NCBI GenBank assembly: GCA_016202815.1
Contig: JACQNZ010000008.1
Span: forward strand, 33,932-97,931
From: Candidatus Aenigmatarchaeota archaeon
GTDB lineage: Archaea > Aenigmatarchaeota > Aenigmatarchaeia > JACPZZ01
Direction: 5' to 3'
Length of the DNA: 64,000 nt
The notes under the pieces are model-generated. The model was not told the DNA's origin, did not search any database, and saw nothing but the letters and a program-made list of their open reading frames with translations. How positions within the stretch are numbered: position 1 is the first letter of the stretch; the number at the start of each line of letters is the position of its first letter. The position numbers were made by a program, and so were the translations under genes. This document shows, piece after piece, positions 38,526-47,937 of the stretch.

Positions 38526-38954
38526 TTGAGAGATCCCAATTGCATCTTCTGCAAAATAGTGGCTGGCGAAATACCGTCTAAGAAGATATACGAAGACGAA
38601 ACCACAATAGCATTCCTTGACATATATCCGGCCAATCCAGGCCACACCCTTGTGGTGGCGAAAGACCATTTTTCAACCATATTGGGCATTCCGGAAGACA
38701 ACCTTTACAATCTGTCAAAGGTCCTTAAGAAAGTCGCGTCATCGATCAGGGAATCGATGAATGCGGAAGGTTTGAACATATTGCAGTTCAACGGCTCGGT
38801 CGCCGGCCAGACCATACCGCACCTGCATTTTCATTTGATACCGCGTTCCAAGGATGACGGCCTTGGTTTTGCCTGGCCCCACAGGCAGCTCCCCGAAGAG
38901 GAGATGGAAGCAACGCGCAAAAAACTCGCGGAAAAGATGGGCTATCGAGGATAA
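38526..38954 (+). CDS. HIT-family (histidine triad) nucleotide hydrolase
   Basis: HLHFHLIP histidine triad. Confidence 0.8.
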   Translation: MRDPNCIFCKIVAGEIPSKKIYEDETTIAFLDIYPANPGHTLVVAKDHFSTILGIPEDNLYNLSKVLKKVASSIRESMNAEGLNILQFNGSVAGQTIPHLHFHLIPRSKDDGLGFAWPHRQLPEEEMEATRKKLAEKMGYRG

Positions 38955-39095
38955 AAGCTCTTAATTCTTAAGATCAAAGATTAGTCATGGTAGACCGAAA
39001 CAGATTGATCCAAAATACAATCTGTTTCGTAGTCGACTGACACATAGATAAACCGAAACACATGCATACCAAAAGCGTGTGTTTCTAGCTACAAC

Positions 39096-39238
39096 GCGGC
39101 GGTGGTCCAGCCTGGTAAGAGGCCTTTTTAAGGCCCAGGAAACACGAGCCTTCCAATGACCTTTTAGAAAGGTCAATCAAAATTTGGCCTTGGGCAGAGG
39201 GATAGCTCATAACCCGGGTTCAAATCCCGGCCGCCGCA
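39096..39238 (+). tRNA. tRNA-like gene with ~70 nt of intervening sequence; anticodon unresolved (candidate Leu-UAG class II with two introns, or other)
   Basis: Perfect acceptor GCGGCGG/CCGCCGC with discriminator A; canonical T-arm CCGGG-TTCAAAT-CCCGG; D-loop-like AGCCTGGTAA; two anticodon-arm-like hairpins (GGCC-TTTTTAA-GGCC; GACCT-TTTAGAA-AGGTC). A consistent cloverleaf could not be assembled by eye. Confidence 0.45.
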
Positions 39239-39281
39239 TTTAATACTTGAGGAAATTAACAGTCTTTAAGAGGCATTTAAG

Positions 39282-40040
39282 TTGTCGTCAAAAGAGATTC
39301 CGAAAAAGCTGATACTCGCCGTCTTGTCAGTCGTTTTCTTTACCTTTGCGCCGCTGGCCATAAACGCATACCTGATAACGCAGATCGGCGTGAAAAACAC
39401 GATCACGGGCATAATGGAAGGAGTTGCCGGAAAAACATTTGCAACAGGCCTTAAGGAAACCTGCGACAGGCAGAACGTGCTTACGTACCCGGAATGCGAA
39501 GCCCTTGCGCTGGACCAGTTGTGCTTGCAGTATGCCGGCGAGGCGTCATGCTCCGGTGTCGGCGCAAAAGGCAAGGATTATTTTGTAAATAACATCCTGC
39601 TTCCCGACGCGGTTTCTAAGATAAATGAAATGCAGATCCCCAACACAAGCGTCAAGGTCGGAGAGCTCGACGCGCTGGCTGGTAATTTGTTCGTCATTTC
39701 TGTCGCAATGACCCTGATATCGGTGATACTCATGATCATGATGATCGCGACACCGAAAGGCGTTTTGAAAACGATGGGCTCTAACATAGTCTTGGTGGGG
39801 TTGCCCATGTCCGCGTTGGCATACGCTGCAAACAGTGCGTTGCCGTCAGCGGTCTCGAAGATGGCAGGTGGGCTGGCGGACCAGCAAACGACGGAGATCC
39901 TAACAAGCGCCGTAGTATCGGGTATAAAGCCGTTTCTCGACGCCCAGATGCAGATAGGCGTCGTGCTTACCATCCTTGGACTGGTCGCGGTCGCGTCTTC
40001 GGGAATTTTTTTCGGTGAAAAGAAATTTTTGCGCAAATAG
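39282..40040 (+). CDS. Hypothetical integral membrane protein
   Basis: Multiple hydrophobic segments. Confidence 0.35.
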   Translation: MSSKEIPKKLILAVLSVVFFTFAPLAINAYLITQIGVKNTITGIMEGVAGKTFATGLKETCDRQNVLTYPECEALALDQLCLQYAGEASCSGVGAKGKDYFVNNILLPDAVSKINEMQIPNTSVKVGELDALAGNLFVISVAMTLISVILMIMMIATPKGVLKTMGSNIVLVGLPMSALAYAANSALPSAVSKMAGGLADQQTTEILTSAVVSGIKPFLDAQMQIGVVLTILGLVAVASSGIFFGEKKFLRK

Positions 40041-40053
40041 TCCGGGTAATCCG

Positions 40054-40518
40054 ATGAACTCCAGCCTGCAGACTCTTTTGGATAAGTTGAAACGCGGCGG
40101 CGTTGAGTTCCGGTTAATCGACGAAAAAACCGCAATGATATCGAGCCGTGATGTCGAAAAAGTTTTCGCCGGCGATCCGAGGGAAATTTGGAAAACTTTG
40201 GTTTTAACAGACGAAAAGGAGTTCTTTGCGGCCTTCCTTTGTGGTCGCGACCGGTTGGACGTCAAAAAACTGGAAAAAGCCTTCGGCGTTAACAACATCA
40301 GAATGGCTAAAGCCAGGGAGTTGAGGGAGCGTCTGAAATTGCAGCCGGGCGAAGTCTGTCCGTTATCCATCAGCCTGCGGCTAGTTTGCGATTCGTCGGT
40401 AACGGGCTTTAAAAAAATCAATTTCGGTTCCGGCGATATGGAATATGGAATCGAAATGCGGGTTGACGATGTATTAAAGTTTCTGAAACCGGAAATTATG
40501 GATATCAGAGAGGATTGA
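40054..40518 (+). CDS. YbaK/ProX-family aminoacyl-tRNA deacylase
   Basis: Likely start MNSSLQTLLDKL. GDPREIWKTLVL...DEKEFFAAFLCG pattern of the YbaK domain. Confidence 0.6.
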   Translation: MNSSLQTLLDKLKRGGVEFRLIDEKTAMISSRDVEKVFAGDPREIWKTLVLTDEKEFFAAFLCGRDRLDVKKLEKAFGVNNIRMAKARELRERLKLQPGEVCPLSISLRLVCDSSVTGFKKINFGSGDMEYGIEMRVDDVLKFLKPEIMDIRED

Positions 40519-40519
40519 A

Positions 40520-41605
40520 ATGGACATCGAGACTAAGCTGGACCTTGCAAGGAAAGTTGGGGAAGAAATAGTTACAGAAGAAGAGCTCAGGAAGTTGTTT
40601 GAAACCAAGTCGCACCCGGTTGCTTACGACGGTTTCGAGCCTTCCGGTTATGCACACCTGGGATCCGGACTAATGCGCTCCATACAATTGCAGATTCTGA
40701 TGGACGCCGGGATACGGTTCAAGCTTTACGTGGCGGACTGGTTCGCATGGATAAACAACAAGATGGGCGGCAACCTGGAGAACATACAAAGGGCAGGCAA
40801 CTATTTGGTCGAGGTTTGGAAGGCGTGCGGCGTCGACGAAAAGAAGGCCGAGATAATTTGGGCTTCGGACCATGTCAAGGATCCCGAGTATTGGAAGAAG
40901 GTGGTTTCGGTCGCAAAAGTGACGACAATAGACCGCATGATAAGGTGCGGCGCCATAATGGGCCGCCGGCAGAAGGAAATGCAATACACTTCACAAGTTC
41001 TTTACCCTGCAATGCAGGCTGCTGACCCGTTCCACATGGGGGCGGACATCTGCCAGCTGGGGCTGGACCAGCGCAAAGTTATACTGCTCAGCAGGGAGGT
41101 GGGCGAGAAACTGAAGTGGTACAAACCCGTTGCTATTCATCACCATTTACTGATGGGTTTACAGGGTCCGAAAAAGATGGGCGGCTTTGAGGAGAACGAA
41201 AGGATGGACGAAGAAATAGCGAGCAAAATGGCCAAATCGGTTCCAAACAGCAGCATTTTCGTCCACGACACGCCGGAGGATATAAAGGGAAAAATAAGCT
41301 CGGCGTTCTGCCCTGAAAAAACCGTTACAGGCAATCCGGTGCTGGAAATGTCCAAGTACATAATATTCAACAGGCTGAAAAGTTTCGATGTGGAACGGCA
41401 GCAGAAATTCGGCGGCAGCGTTTCTTTTGGAACCTACGCCGAGCTGGAAAAATATTATTCCGAAGGCCTGTTGCATCCGTCGGATTTGAAAAGCGCTGTT
41501 GCCGGCTCGCTTATTGAAATATTGGAGCCTGTGAGGAAGCATTTCGACAAGCCTTCTGCCAGAAAGTTGATGGACGTTTTCAAGGAAGCCGAAATCACAA
41601 GGTGA
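40520..41605 (+). CDS. tyrS: Tyrosyl-tRNA synthetase (archaeal type)
   Basis: AYDGFEPSG, KMAKS, and a C-terminal GNPVLEMSKYI...KFGGSVSF...YAELE...LHPSDLKSAVA..LIEILEPVRK closely matching the archaeal TyrRS C-terminus. Confidence 0.8.
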   Translation: MDIETKLDLARKVGEEIVTEEELRKLFETKSHPVAYDGFEPSGYAHLGSGLMRSIQLQILMDAGIRFKLYVADWFAWINNKMGGNLENIQRAGNYLVEVWKACGVDEKKAEIIWASDHVKDPEYWKKVVSVAKVTTIDRMIRCGAIMGRRQKEMQYTSQVLYPAMQAADPFHMGADICQLGLDQRKVILLSREVGEKLKWYKPVAIHHHLLMGLQGPKKMGGFEENERMDEEIASKMAKSVPNSSIFVHDTPEDIKGKISSAFCPEKTVTGNPVLEMSKYIIFNRLKSFDVERQQKFGGSVSFGTYAELEKYYSEGLLHPSDLKSAVAGSLIEILEPVRKHFDKPSARKLMDVFKEAEITR

Positions 41606-41609
41606 TTGC

Positions 41610-42887
41610 ATGATTGACATAAGGATGGTTCGTGAAAATCCGGAAGTTGTGAGGAACGACCTTACGAAACGGAACGACGTTGAAAAGCAAAAACTGCTGG
41701 AAAAAATAATCAAGGACGATGTTCGCCTTCGCGAGTTAACGCAGCAGGCGGACGAGTTAAAGCACAAGCGCAATGTCGTAACCGAGCAGATAGCGGAAAT
41801 GAAACGGAAGGCGCAGGACGCAGGCAGGAAAATAGCAGAGATGGTCAACGTCGCATCAACGATAAGGGCGTACGACCAGGAAATGGAGCGGATCAGGATC
41901 GAGCTCCAGGGCAATTTAATGCGGATGCCGAACATACTCCACGAGTCCGTTCCTGTCGGAGCAAACGAAGAAGGCAACGTGGTCGTAAAAAAATTCGGCG
42001 CGTCCAAAAAGAAAAAATTCCAGGTAAAGGACCACATGGATTTGGGCGTGGAATTGGGGCTGATAGATATAGAACGCGCGGCAAAAATTTCCGGCGCGAG
42101 GTTTTATTTTTTGAAAGGACAGCTTGCGGTCTTGGAGATGTCTCTGATGCGTTATGCAATCGACATCCTGGTGAAAAGGAAATTCCAGCCCGTGTTCCCG
42201 CCGTACCTTATGAAAACGGAAGCGTACAAAGGCGTCATAGAATTTGAGGCGTTTCAGGATGTCCTGTACAAGGTGGAAGGCGAGGATTTGCACATGATCT
42301 CGACATCCGAACATCCGTTGACGGCGATGCACATGAGCGAAACCTTGCTGAAAGGGAGCCTTCCCCTAAAATACGCCGGCTTCAGCGTCAACTTCCGGAA
42401 AGAAGCGGGCTCGCACGGCAAGGACACGAAAGGGATCTTCCGGGTTCATCAGTTCGGCAAGGTTGAGCAGGTCGTCATCTGCGACCCGTCGGAATCATGG
42501 AAATGGCACGAACAGCTTTTGAAAAATGCCGAGGACATAATAAAGCCGCTCAAAATCCCGTACCGTGTTGTTAATATCTGCACCGGTGATATAGGAACTG
42601 TGGCCGCGAAAAAATACGACATCGAAGCTTGGATGCCGGCCCAGGAAAAATACCGCGAAGTTGTGTCATGCTCAAACTGTACGGATTACCAGGCGCGCAG
42701 GCTTAATATCAAATTTCGCGACAAGGAGGGCTCCGCGCCAGCAGGCTTGGTTCATACGTTAAACTCAACAGCAGTTACGGACCGTGTTTTGGTCGCGATC
42801 ATGGAAAACTTCCAGAAAGCGGACGGGACGGTTGTAGTGCCAAGGCCGCTGGTAAAATATACGGGGTTCAGGGAGATAACGCAATGA
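41610..42887 (+). CDS. serS: Seryl-tRNA synthetase
   Basis: N-terminal coiled coil MIDIRMVRENPEVV and class II motifs (FRKEAGSHGKDTKGIFRVHQF); 425 aa. Confidence 0.85.
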   Translation: MIDIRMVRENPEVVRNDLTKRNDVEKQKLLEKIIKDDVRLRELTQQADELKHKRNVVTEQIAEMKRKAQDAGRKIAEMVNVASTIRAYDQEMERIRIELQGNLMRMPNILHESVPVGANEEGNVVVKKFGASKKKKFQVKDHMDLGVELGLIDIERAAKISGARFYFLKGQLAVLEMSLMRYAIDILVKRKFQPVFPPYLMKTEAYKGVIEFEAFQDVLYKVEGEDLHMISTSEHPLTAMHMSETLLKGSLPLKYAGFSVNFRKEAGSHGKDTKGIFRVHQFGKVEQVVICDPSESWKWHEQLLKNAEDIIKPLKIPYRVVNICTGDIGTVAAKKYDIEAWMPAQEKYREVVSCSNCTDYQARRLNIKFRDKEGSAPAGLVHTLNSTAVTDRVLVAIMENFQKADGTVVVPRPLVKYTGFREITQ

Positions 42888-43237
42888 TATTCGGATTCGA
42901 AGAGCTTACAATCGTGTTGCTGTTTGTTTTCGCGTTTTTCATACTCGCAGCTTACGCATTGCTGAAACTGGTAACAAAGATAATAGTCATTTCAATCTTG
43001 TCCATGGCGTTTCCTGCGGCGCTGGGCTATCTGGGATTGTACAACGGCCTGACACTGAACAACATGCTCATCTTCGGAATATTGGGTTCGTTCCTTTACA
43101 TCACGTACATTTTTGTGGACAAGCTTTTGTCTGCTGTGTGGCCTTTTTTTGAATCGAAAAAAGAAAAACCCGGCAAAGGCAGAAAGCAGCACCGAAAAAA
43201 ACCCAGAATGGACGACGAGGTTGAAATATCGGAGTAG
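42884..43237 (+). CDS. Small membrane protein
   Basis: Three hydrophobic segments, a basic tail, and ATGA overlap with serS. Confidence 0.35.
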   Translation: MIFGFEELTIVLLFVFAFFILAAYALLKLVTKIIVISILSMAFPAALGYLGLYNGLTLNNMLIFGILGSFLYITYIFVDKLLSAVWPFFESKKEKPGKGRKQHRKKPRMDDEVEISE

Positions 43238-43353
43238 TAGTTTGACCACCTTTTTTAAATAATCCGACTCCAAAATATTGGAAGTGAGTTGATGCCGATC
43301 CAATTCAAAAGCCGTTAGTTGATATAGAATCGCCCAGATACAGGAACCTTCTC

Positions 43354-43596
43354 GTGTCGGTGGGCGGAAATACATACACGGGATTGCGCAACATTCCGGA
43401 CAGTATTCTAGGTGAGGTGCTTGGATTTGCGGACGAGCATGCGATTTCAGAAAACCCCTTTAGATGGAAGTCTTACGGTGATGCGGACAAAAAAGTTCCT
43501 TATGGGCAGGATCCGTTCATACACATAAAATATGAATCCCCGGGAAATTGGGATTACCCAATAGAATGGTACAAATTCGTAGAAAGCGTTAATTAA
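43354..43596 (+). CDS. Hypothetical protein
   Basis: ORF only. Confidence 0.25.
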   Translation: MSVGGNTYTGLRNIPDSILGEVLGFADEHAISENPFRWKSYGDADKKVPYGQDPFIHIKYESPGNWDYPIEWYKFVESVN

Positions 43597-44262
43597 TTAC
43601 CCGTAGCTTACCGTCTTCCCGCCGCCTTTCACTTCCACATGGCTCGCGGTTCCGTCAACAACGATGCCTAGCGACCCGATGGAAACATCGCCGTTGAAAT
43701 TGGTTATTTTGGCATCCTCCCCAAGCAATGAAAGGGAATTGGTCGCGTTGTAAACCAGGTTGCCAGACGCCTTGCTGATCATTATCGTCCCGCCAGCGAC
43801 TTTTGAAAGCATGGCAGTGCCGGAAGTTAAATTACCCAATATCCTGACTTTTCTTTCGGACTTCAGCGTGATCGTGCCGGACGCAAAGCTTTTGGCCGCC
43901 CCCTCAAATCTTATCATCCCTTCTGTCGGGTCGTAGACTAACTTGCCGGAGTACGATTCGAAGACCATGTCTTCCAGCAACGACGGGTTGATCGTAATTT
44001 GCCTGTCGTCAAAAAGTACGGAAGCGCCGCTGGAATGCGAACTAACGCTTGCTACATCATCGACTTGGACAGTGAACGAAGACGACAGGGACCCGGCATC
44101 AAGTTTTACCGGAAATCCTGTTGTTCCGGATTTTGCCGGGGATATTGAAACGCCTGACAGGAAATCCTCCACATTGGATTTTATCACAGGCACGTTTTCT
44201 ACAACAAGCGCAAGCACAGCCACGCTAATCGCTATAGCGAGAACGTTTTTCGCGTCGGCCAT
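43597..44262 (-). CDS. Membrane-anchored bactofilin-like (beta-helical repeat) protein
   Basis: Likely start MADAKNVLAIAISVAVLALVV (TM). C-terminal repeats with periodic G/V/I/S (ITLKSERKVRILGNLTSGTAMLSKVAGGTIMISKASGNLV...). Confidence 0.35.
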   Translation of the reverse strand: MADAKNVLAIAISVAVLALVVENVPVIKSNVEDFLSGVSISPAKSGTTGFPVKLDAGSLSSSFTVQVDDVASVSSHSSGASVLFDDRQITINPSLLEDMVFESYSGKLVYDPTEGMIRFEGAAKSFASGTITLKSERKVRILGNLTSGTAMLSKVAGGTIMISKASGNLVYNATNSLSLLGEDAKITNFNGDVSIGSLGIVVDGTASHVEVKGGGKTVSYG

Positions 44263-44296
44263 GCTATTATTCATATTTTGCCATGTTATAAAAGTT

Positions 44297-44992
44297 ATGA
44301 TAAAAGTGCGCATTGTGTTAGTCGGCGTCGAAGGCGAGGAGAACATCGGTTACGTGGCAAGGGCGATGAGTAATTTCGGCTCCGGCGATTTGGCATTGGT
44401 CTGCCCGAAGGCTAAAATGACGGAAATCACGGCGCAGCGCGCGATGCGTGGTATTGAAGTTTTGAAAAGGGCAAAAACGTTCGGCAGCATAGAATCCGCT
44501 GTAAAAGGCTCGGAGCTGGTAATCGGAACAACGGGCAAAGTTTCGACAGAAAAAAACCTGCTCCGATCGCCGGCAACGCCAAAGCAACTCGCAAAAAACT
44601 TGGCTGGGCGCAATGGCACCGTTTCCATTCTGTTCGGCCGCGAAAGCAGCGGGCTAACAAACGAAGAGCTGGGGAAATGCCATATGACCGTTACGATACC
44701 GACCAGCCACGCAAACCCCGCGTTGAACATATCCAACGCTGTCGCGATAATATTGTACGAGTTGTCATCGGATAGCATGCGCGGCAAAACACTGCCTTCG
44801 ATGGAGGAGAAGGGCGTGCTTTACAGGTTTTTCGATAATCTGATCGGCAGAACCGGCGTGCAAAAAACGCGTGAGCGTGTTGTGAAGAAGGTTTTCCGCA
44901 ACATAGCCGAGCGTTCAACGATGTCCCGCGGCGAACTTTACACTCTGGCCGGCGCGTTCCGAAAAATCCTGAATAAGCTTAAAAACAAATAA
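44297..44992 (+). CDS. SpoU/TrmH-family (SPOUT) RNA 2'-O-methyltransferase
   Basis: Start MIKVRIVLVGVEGEENIGYVARAMSNFG; ...VSILFGRESSGLTNEEL...LNISNAVAIILYEL. Confidence 0.65.
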   Translation: MIKVRIVLVGVEGEENIGYVARAMSNFGSGDLALVCPKAKMTEITAQRAMRGIEVLKRAKTFGSIESAVKGSELVIGTTGKVSTEKNLLRSPATPKQLAKNLAGRNGTVSILFGRESSGLTNEELGKCHMTVTIPTSHANPALNISNAVAIILYELSSDSMRGKTLPSMEEKGVLYRFFDNLIGRTGVQKTRERVVKKVFRNIAERSTMSRGELYTLAGAFRKILNKLKNK

Positions 44993-45016
44993 ACTAATAC
45001 ATACAGCGGTGCGATA

Positions 45017-46216
45017 ATGGCAGAAGACCCGTTTTCAGGCCTGTTTCTACTACTCTGGATATTCATGATTTTTTTCTATCCCCGGATGGCGCTGATGCAG
45101 ATCGTGTGGAAGCTTGAGGAGAGCGTTAAAAACCTCGAAGACATGTCGCGCAAGTCCAGGAAAATTGTGCTGAGCCACATATCAGGCAAGCCTTCGGAAA
45201 AGGCGAGAAACGCAGTCGACAGGATGGTCGAATTTTTTGCGGTCGAGCCCGTTTCGCTGGACCCGTACGGCCTTGTGCCGAAACTTGAACAGATCGTCAA
45301 CGCTGAAGAGGAAAAAATAAAATACACGGTGGAAGAAATAACGCCTGGCATGGACGCGGAAAAGCGCGCCAACATTCTAATGGGCGTGGCTGGCGCGATG
45401 TCCGTCAACCAGATAGCGAAAATCGTTAAGCATTTTCTGGTTACGATAAAAAAGACGAAGAACATACAGCTGGCAATGATTTTGCAGATGCAGCTGCCCA
45501 TGGTTGAGCGCATAGCGAAGGCCATGTTCAAAGGGACTGAATATCTGGCGGCAGGCCAGCCTGTGGGGGATTCAATCGGGCCTTTAATAGCGGCAAAAAT
45601 GATCGTCAACGCAAAGCCAAAAAGAACGGACCACGACATCGTTACTGCGGGCGTGAATTACCGGGGGAAAAAATTAATTGTCATGAAAGCTTCGGGCCCG
45701 GGCGGCCGCTTGGGCCGTCTTGGCCGCGCCACGGAAGACATTATCAAGTCTCATAAAATAACAAGGATCATAACAATTGACGCTGCGGCAAAGCTTGAGG
45801 GTGAAAAAACAGGCAGCGTGGCAGAAGGCGTCGGCGTCGCAATGGGTGGCATCGGCGTCGAGCGCGCCCAGATAGAAAACGTTGCGCTGCGGAACAGGAT
45901 AGCAATGGACAACATAGTGGTTAAAATGAGCCAGGAAGAGGCTATAACTGCCATGCCGTCGGCAGTGAAGCATTCAGTTCACAACGTGATGGAAGCCTTT
46001 GATCGCCTTCTGGAGAGGACGAAAAAGGGCGGCCATGTCCTGGTTATAGGCGTCGGCAATACATCCGGAGTCGGAAATTCCGCCAAAGACCTGAAAACCA
46101 CGCTTGAAACCATAGACAAAAACGCCAGGAAAGAAGAGGCTGAAAAGCGCAAAAGGCGCGAAGAAAGCAGGAAATTCTGGCACCGCGTTTTCGGCAACGG
46201 AGAGGAAGAGGAGTAG
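45017..46216 (+). CDS. Hypothetical archaeal protein (DUF1512-like guess)
   Basis: N-terminal TM and C-terminal KR/E-rich tail; family guess from memory only. Confidence 0.3.
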   Translation: MAEDPFSGLFLLLWIFMIFFYPRMALMQIVWKLEESVKNLEDMSRKSRKIVLSHISGKPSEKARNAVDRMVEFFAVEPVSLDPYGLVPKLEQIVNAEEEKIKYTVEEITPGMDAEKRANILMGVAGAMSVNQIAKIVKHFLVTIKKTKNIQLAMILQMQLPMVERIAKAMFKGTEYLAAGQPVGDSIGPLIAAKMIVNAKPKRTDHDIVTAGVNYRGKKLIVMKASGPGGRLGRLGRATEDIIKSHKITRIITIDAAAKLEGEKTGSVAEGVGVAMGGIGVERAQIENVALRNRIAMDNIVVKMSQEEAITAMPSAVKHSVHNVMEAFDRLLERTKKGGHVLVIGVGNTSGVGNSAKDLKTTLETIDKNARKEEAEKRKRREESRKFWHRVFGNGEEEE

Positions 46217-46226
46217 GCGTTAATTT

Positions 46227-46332
46227 GAAACAGTTGCGTACAAACTGGCAACTGTTTCTAAACTGGACGCATATGCTATCTGTATGCGTAACTGGAAGCA
46301 TACCGATACTTACACGGTATGCTTCAGTCGAC
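46227..46332 (+). ncRNA. Candidate structured RNA or composite repeat: a perfect 11-bp inverted repeat followed by two hairpin-family members; architecture parallels the tRNA-Trp intron
   Basis: Read directly, between the stop of 45017..46216 and L10e. GAAACAGTTGC-[GTACAAACTG]-GCAACTGTTTC; AACTGG-ACGCATA-[TGCTATCTG]-TATGCGT-AACTGG; GAAGCATACCG-[ATACTTACA]-CGGTATGCTTC-AGTCGAC. Confidence 0.4.
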
Positions 46333-46412
46333 TAAGAGCCTATTTAAATTGTTGCCCACAAACTACTGAAGGCAACCTTTTCGTAAAAGGTTGATCAAAA
46401 GGTGTTGCAGAC

Positions 46413-46931
46413 ATGACATTAAGGCCTGGAAGATGCTATTCGAAGTTTCAGAGACCGTACACAAGGATTTCCATACACGTACCCAGCAAAAGCTACGTTG
46501 TCGGTGTTCCGGCCGCAAAAATAACCCAGTTTGAAATGGGCACAAAAAAGAAGAATTTCCCGAAAGTCTTTCGCTTGGTTTCCACGCACCCTGTGCAGAT
46601 CCGCGACAACGCCCTTGAAGCGTCGCGCCAGGGAGCGAATAAACACCTTGAAAAAACGCTGACGTTGGAAAACTATTTTTTGAAGGTTTTAGTTTACCCG
46701 TATCAGGTTTTGCGTGAAAACTCGCTGGCTACGGGCGCGGGAGCGGATCGTTTCCAGGAAGGAATGAGAAAAAGTTTCGGAAAGCCTGTCGGAACAGCCG
46801 CCCGTGTTTTCAAAAACCAGCCGATTATGGAGTTGCGCGTTGCGAAGGGCAATGAAAAAGAGGCCAGGCGCGCCTTGGAGATAGCGTCAAAGAAAGTGTC
46901 CGGCCAGTGCAAAACAGTTGAAATCAGGTAA
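46413..46931 (+). CDS. rpl10e: Ribosomal protein L10e (uL16)
   Basis: MTLRPGRCYSKFQRPYTR... canonical L10e N-terminus. Confidence 0.85.
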   Translation: MTLRPGRCYSKFQRPYTRISIHVPSKSYVVGVPAAKITQFEMGTKKKNFPKVFRLVSTHPVQIRDNALEASRQGANKHLEKTLTLENYFLKVLVYPYQVLRENSLATGAGADRFQEGMRKSFGKPVGTAARVFKNQPIMELRVAKGNEKEARRALEIASKKVSGQCKTVEIR

Positions 46932-46954
46932 ACGCGTTATAAACTGAAGTTTTT

Positions 46955-47836
46955 CTAAATCCAGCCGAATTTTCTGAATGCCAATATCGCAGCAACCACC
47001 AGCATGACTTCGATTGCAATCACTGCCGGGTACGCCCATGGAAGCTGGAGTTCGGGCATGTTCGGGAGGTTCATGCCGTAATGGCTGGCCACCAGGTTTG
47101 GAAGCATGATTATCACGGTTAATGCTGTAAGTTTCCTGACCACGTCGTTTAATTTTTCTATCCTCTCGTTCAATTCCCGTGTTACCTGCACCTCACGCTC
47201 GCGGGCGATTTCCCTGAGCATGCTGAACCGGTTCCTGCACCTGTCCAGCAGGTAGCTGCATTCGGCCTCCAGCACGCCGTAATCGAAGGAAAGGTACGCA
47301 GTCTCCATTTCTTTCAGGTGGGATTGCTCCAGCTTTATCATTATGTCCTTTAGCTGCTCGATCAGGTCGTAAAGCCGGCCCAGTTTGAGGCTGAGACTCC
47401 TGTATTTTCTCGAGTCAAACGATTTCTCCATGCCTTCAAGCATCTGTATCAGCGAATCAAGTGTAAGTGTGTAACGTGTTACTGTGCGGCCAAGCACTAG
47501 GAAAGTTATGGAGGTGCTCTTGCCGTACGGCTTGTGGTAAAACTCCTCGAACGGCTTCATGTCCTGCTCTGGAAACGATTCGTCCGTGTACACTATGACC
47601 CTGTCAGAATTCAGGACGAGCATGTTGCTGGACCTTTTCTTGTCAAAGTTGCGTATGCTTATTATCAGGCGGTTGTCGACAACTTCCATGAAATTGGCGT
47701 TCAGTGTGAGCAGCGAAGAAATGTCATGCGTCATGCCCGCGTCCCGGACAGCCTTGGAAAACAGCTTGAAATCCTGGTATATCTCTATGCCTTCGAATGG
47801 GTCCTTTTTCTGTTCAGAGCCGCCAGCCTCGGCCAT
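46955..47836 (-). CDS. corA: CorA-family Mg2+/Co2+ transporter
   Basis: C-terminal YGMNLPNMPE (GMN motif) with two TM helices. Confidence 0.8.
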   Translation of the reverse strand: MAEAGGSEQKKDPFEGIEIYQDFKLFSKAVRDAGMTHDISSLLTLNANFMEVVDNRLIISIRNFDKKRSSNMLVLNSDRVIVYTDESFPEQDMKPFEEFYHKPYGKSTSITFLVLGRTVTRYTLTLDSLIQMLEGMEKSFDSRKYRSLSLKLGRLYDLIEQLKDIMIKLEQSHLKEMETAYLSFDYGVLEAECSYLLDRCRNRFSMLREIAREREVQVTRELNERIEKLNDVVRKLTALTVIIMLPNLVASHYGMNLPNMPELQLPWAYPAVIAIEVMLVVAAILAFRKFGWI

Positions 47837-47937
47837 GATCAGTATAGGCAGAAAGCGTATTTAAAGCGTCCGTTTCTTTTTTATCCCGATTGGGCGGCAA
47901 AAAGGAAAGTTAATAACAAGGCGGGCAAATTATTCTT

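Noticed and set aside
39120-39136. Reading the GGCC-TTTTTAA-GGCC hairpin as the anticodon arm of tRNA-Lys(UUU)
   Set aside because: It leaves no room for a D-stem 3' strand between the D-loop and the anticodon stem.
39146-39208. Reading the unresolved tRNA as a second tRNA-Trp (stem GAGCC/AGCTC, loop TTCCAAT)
   Set aside because: The stem has a mismatch at the loop-closing pair and no D-arm partner. It would also duplicate the clear tRNA-Trp 700 nt upstream.
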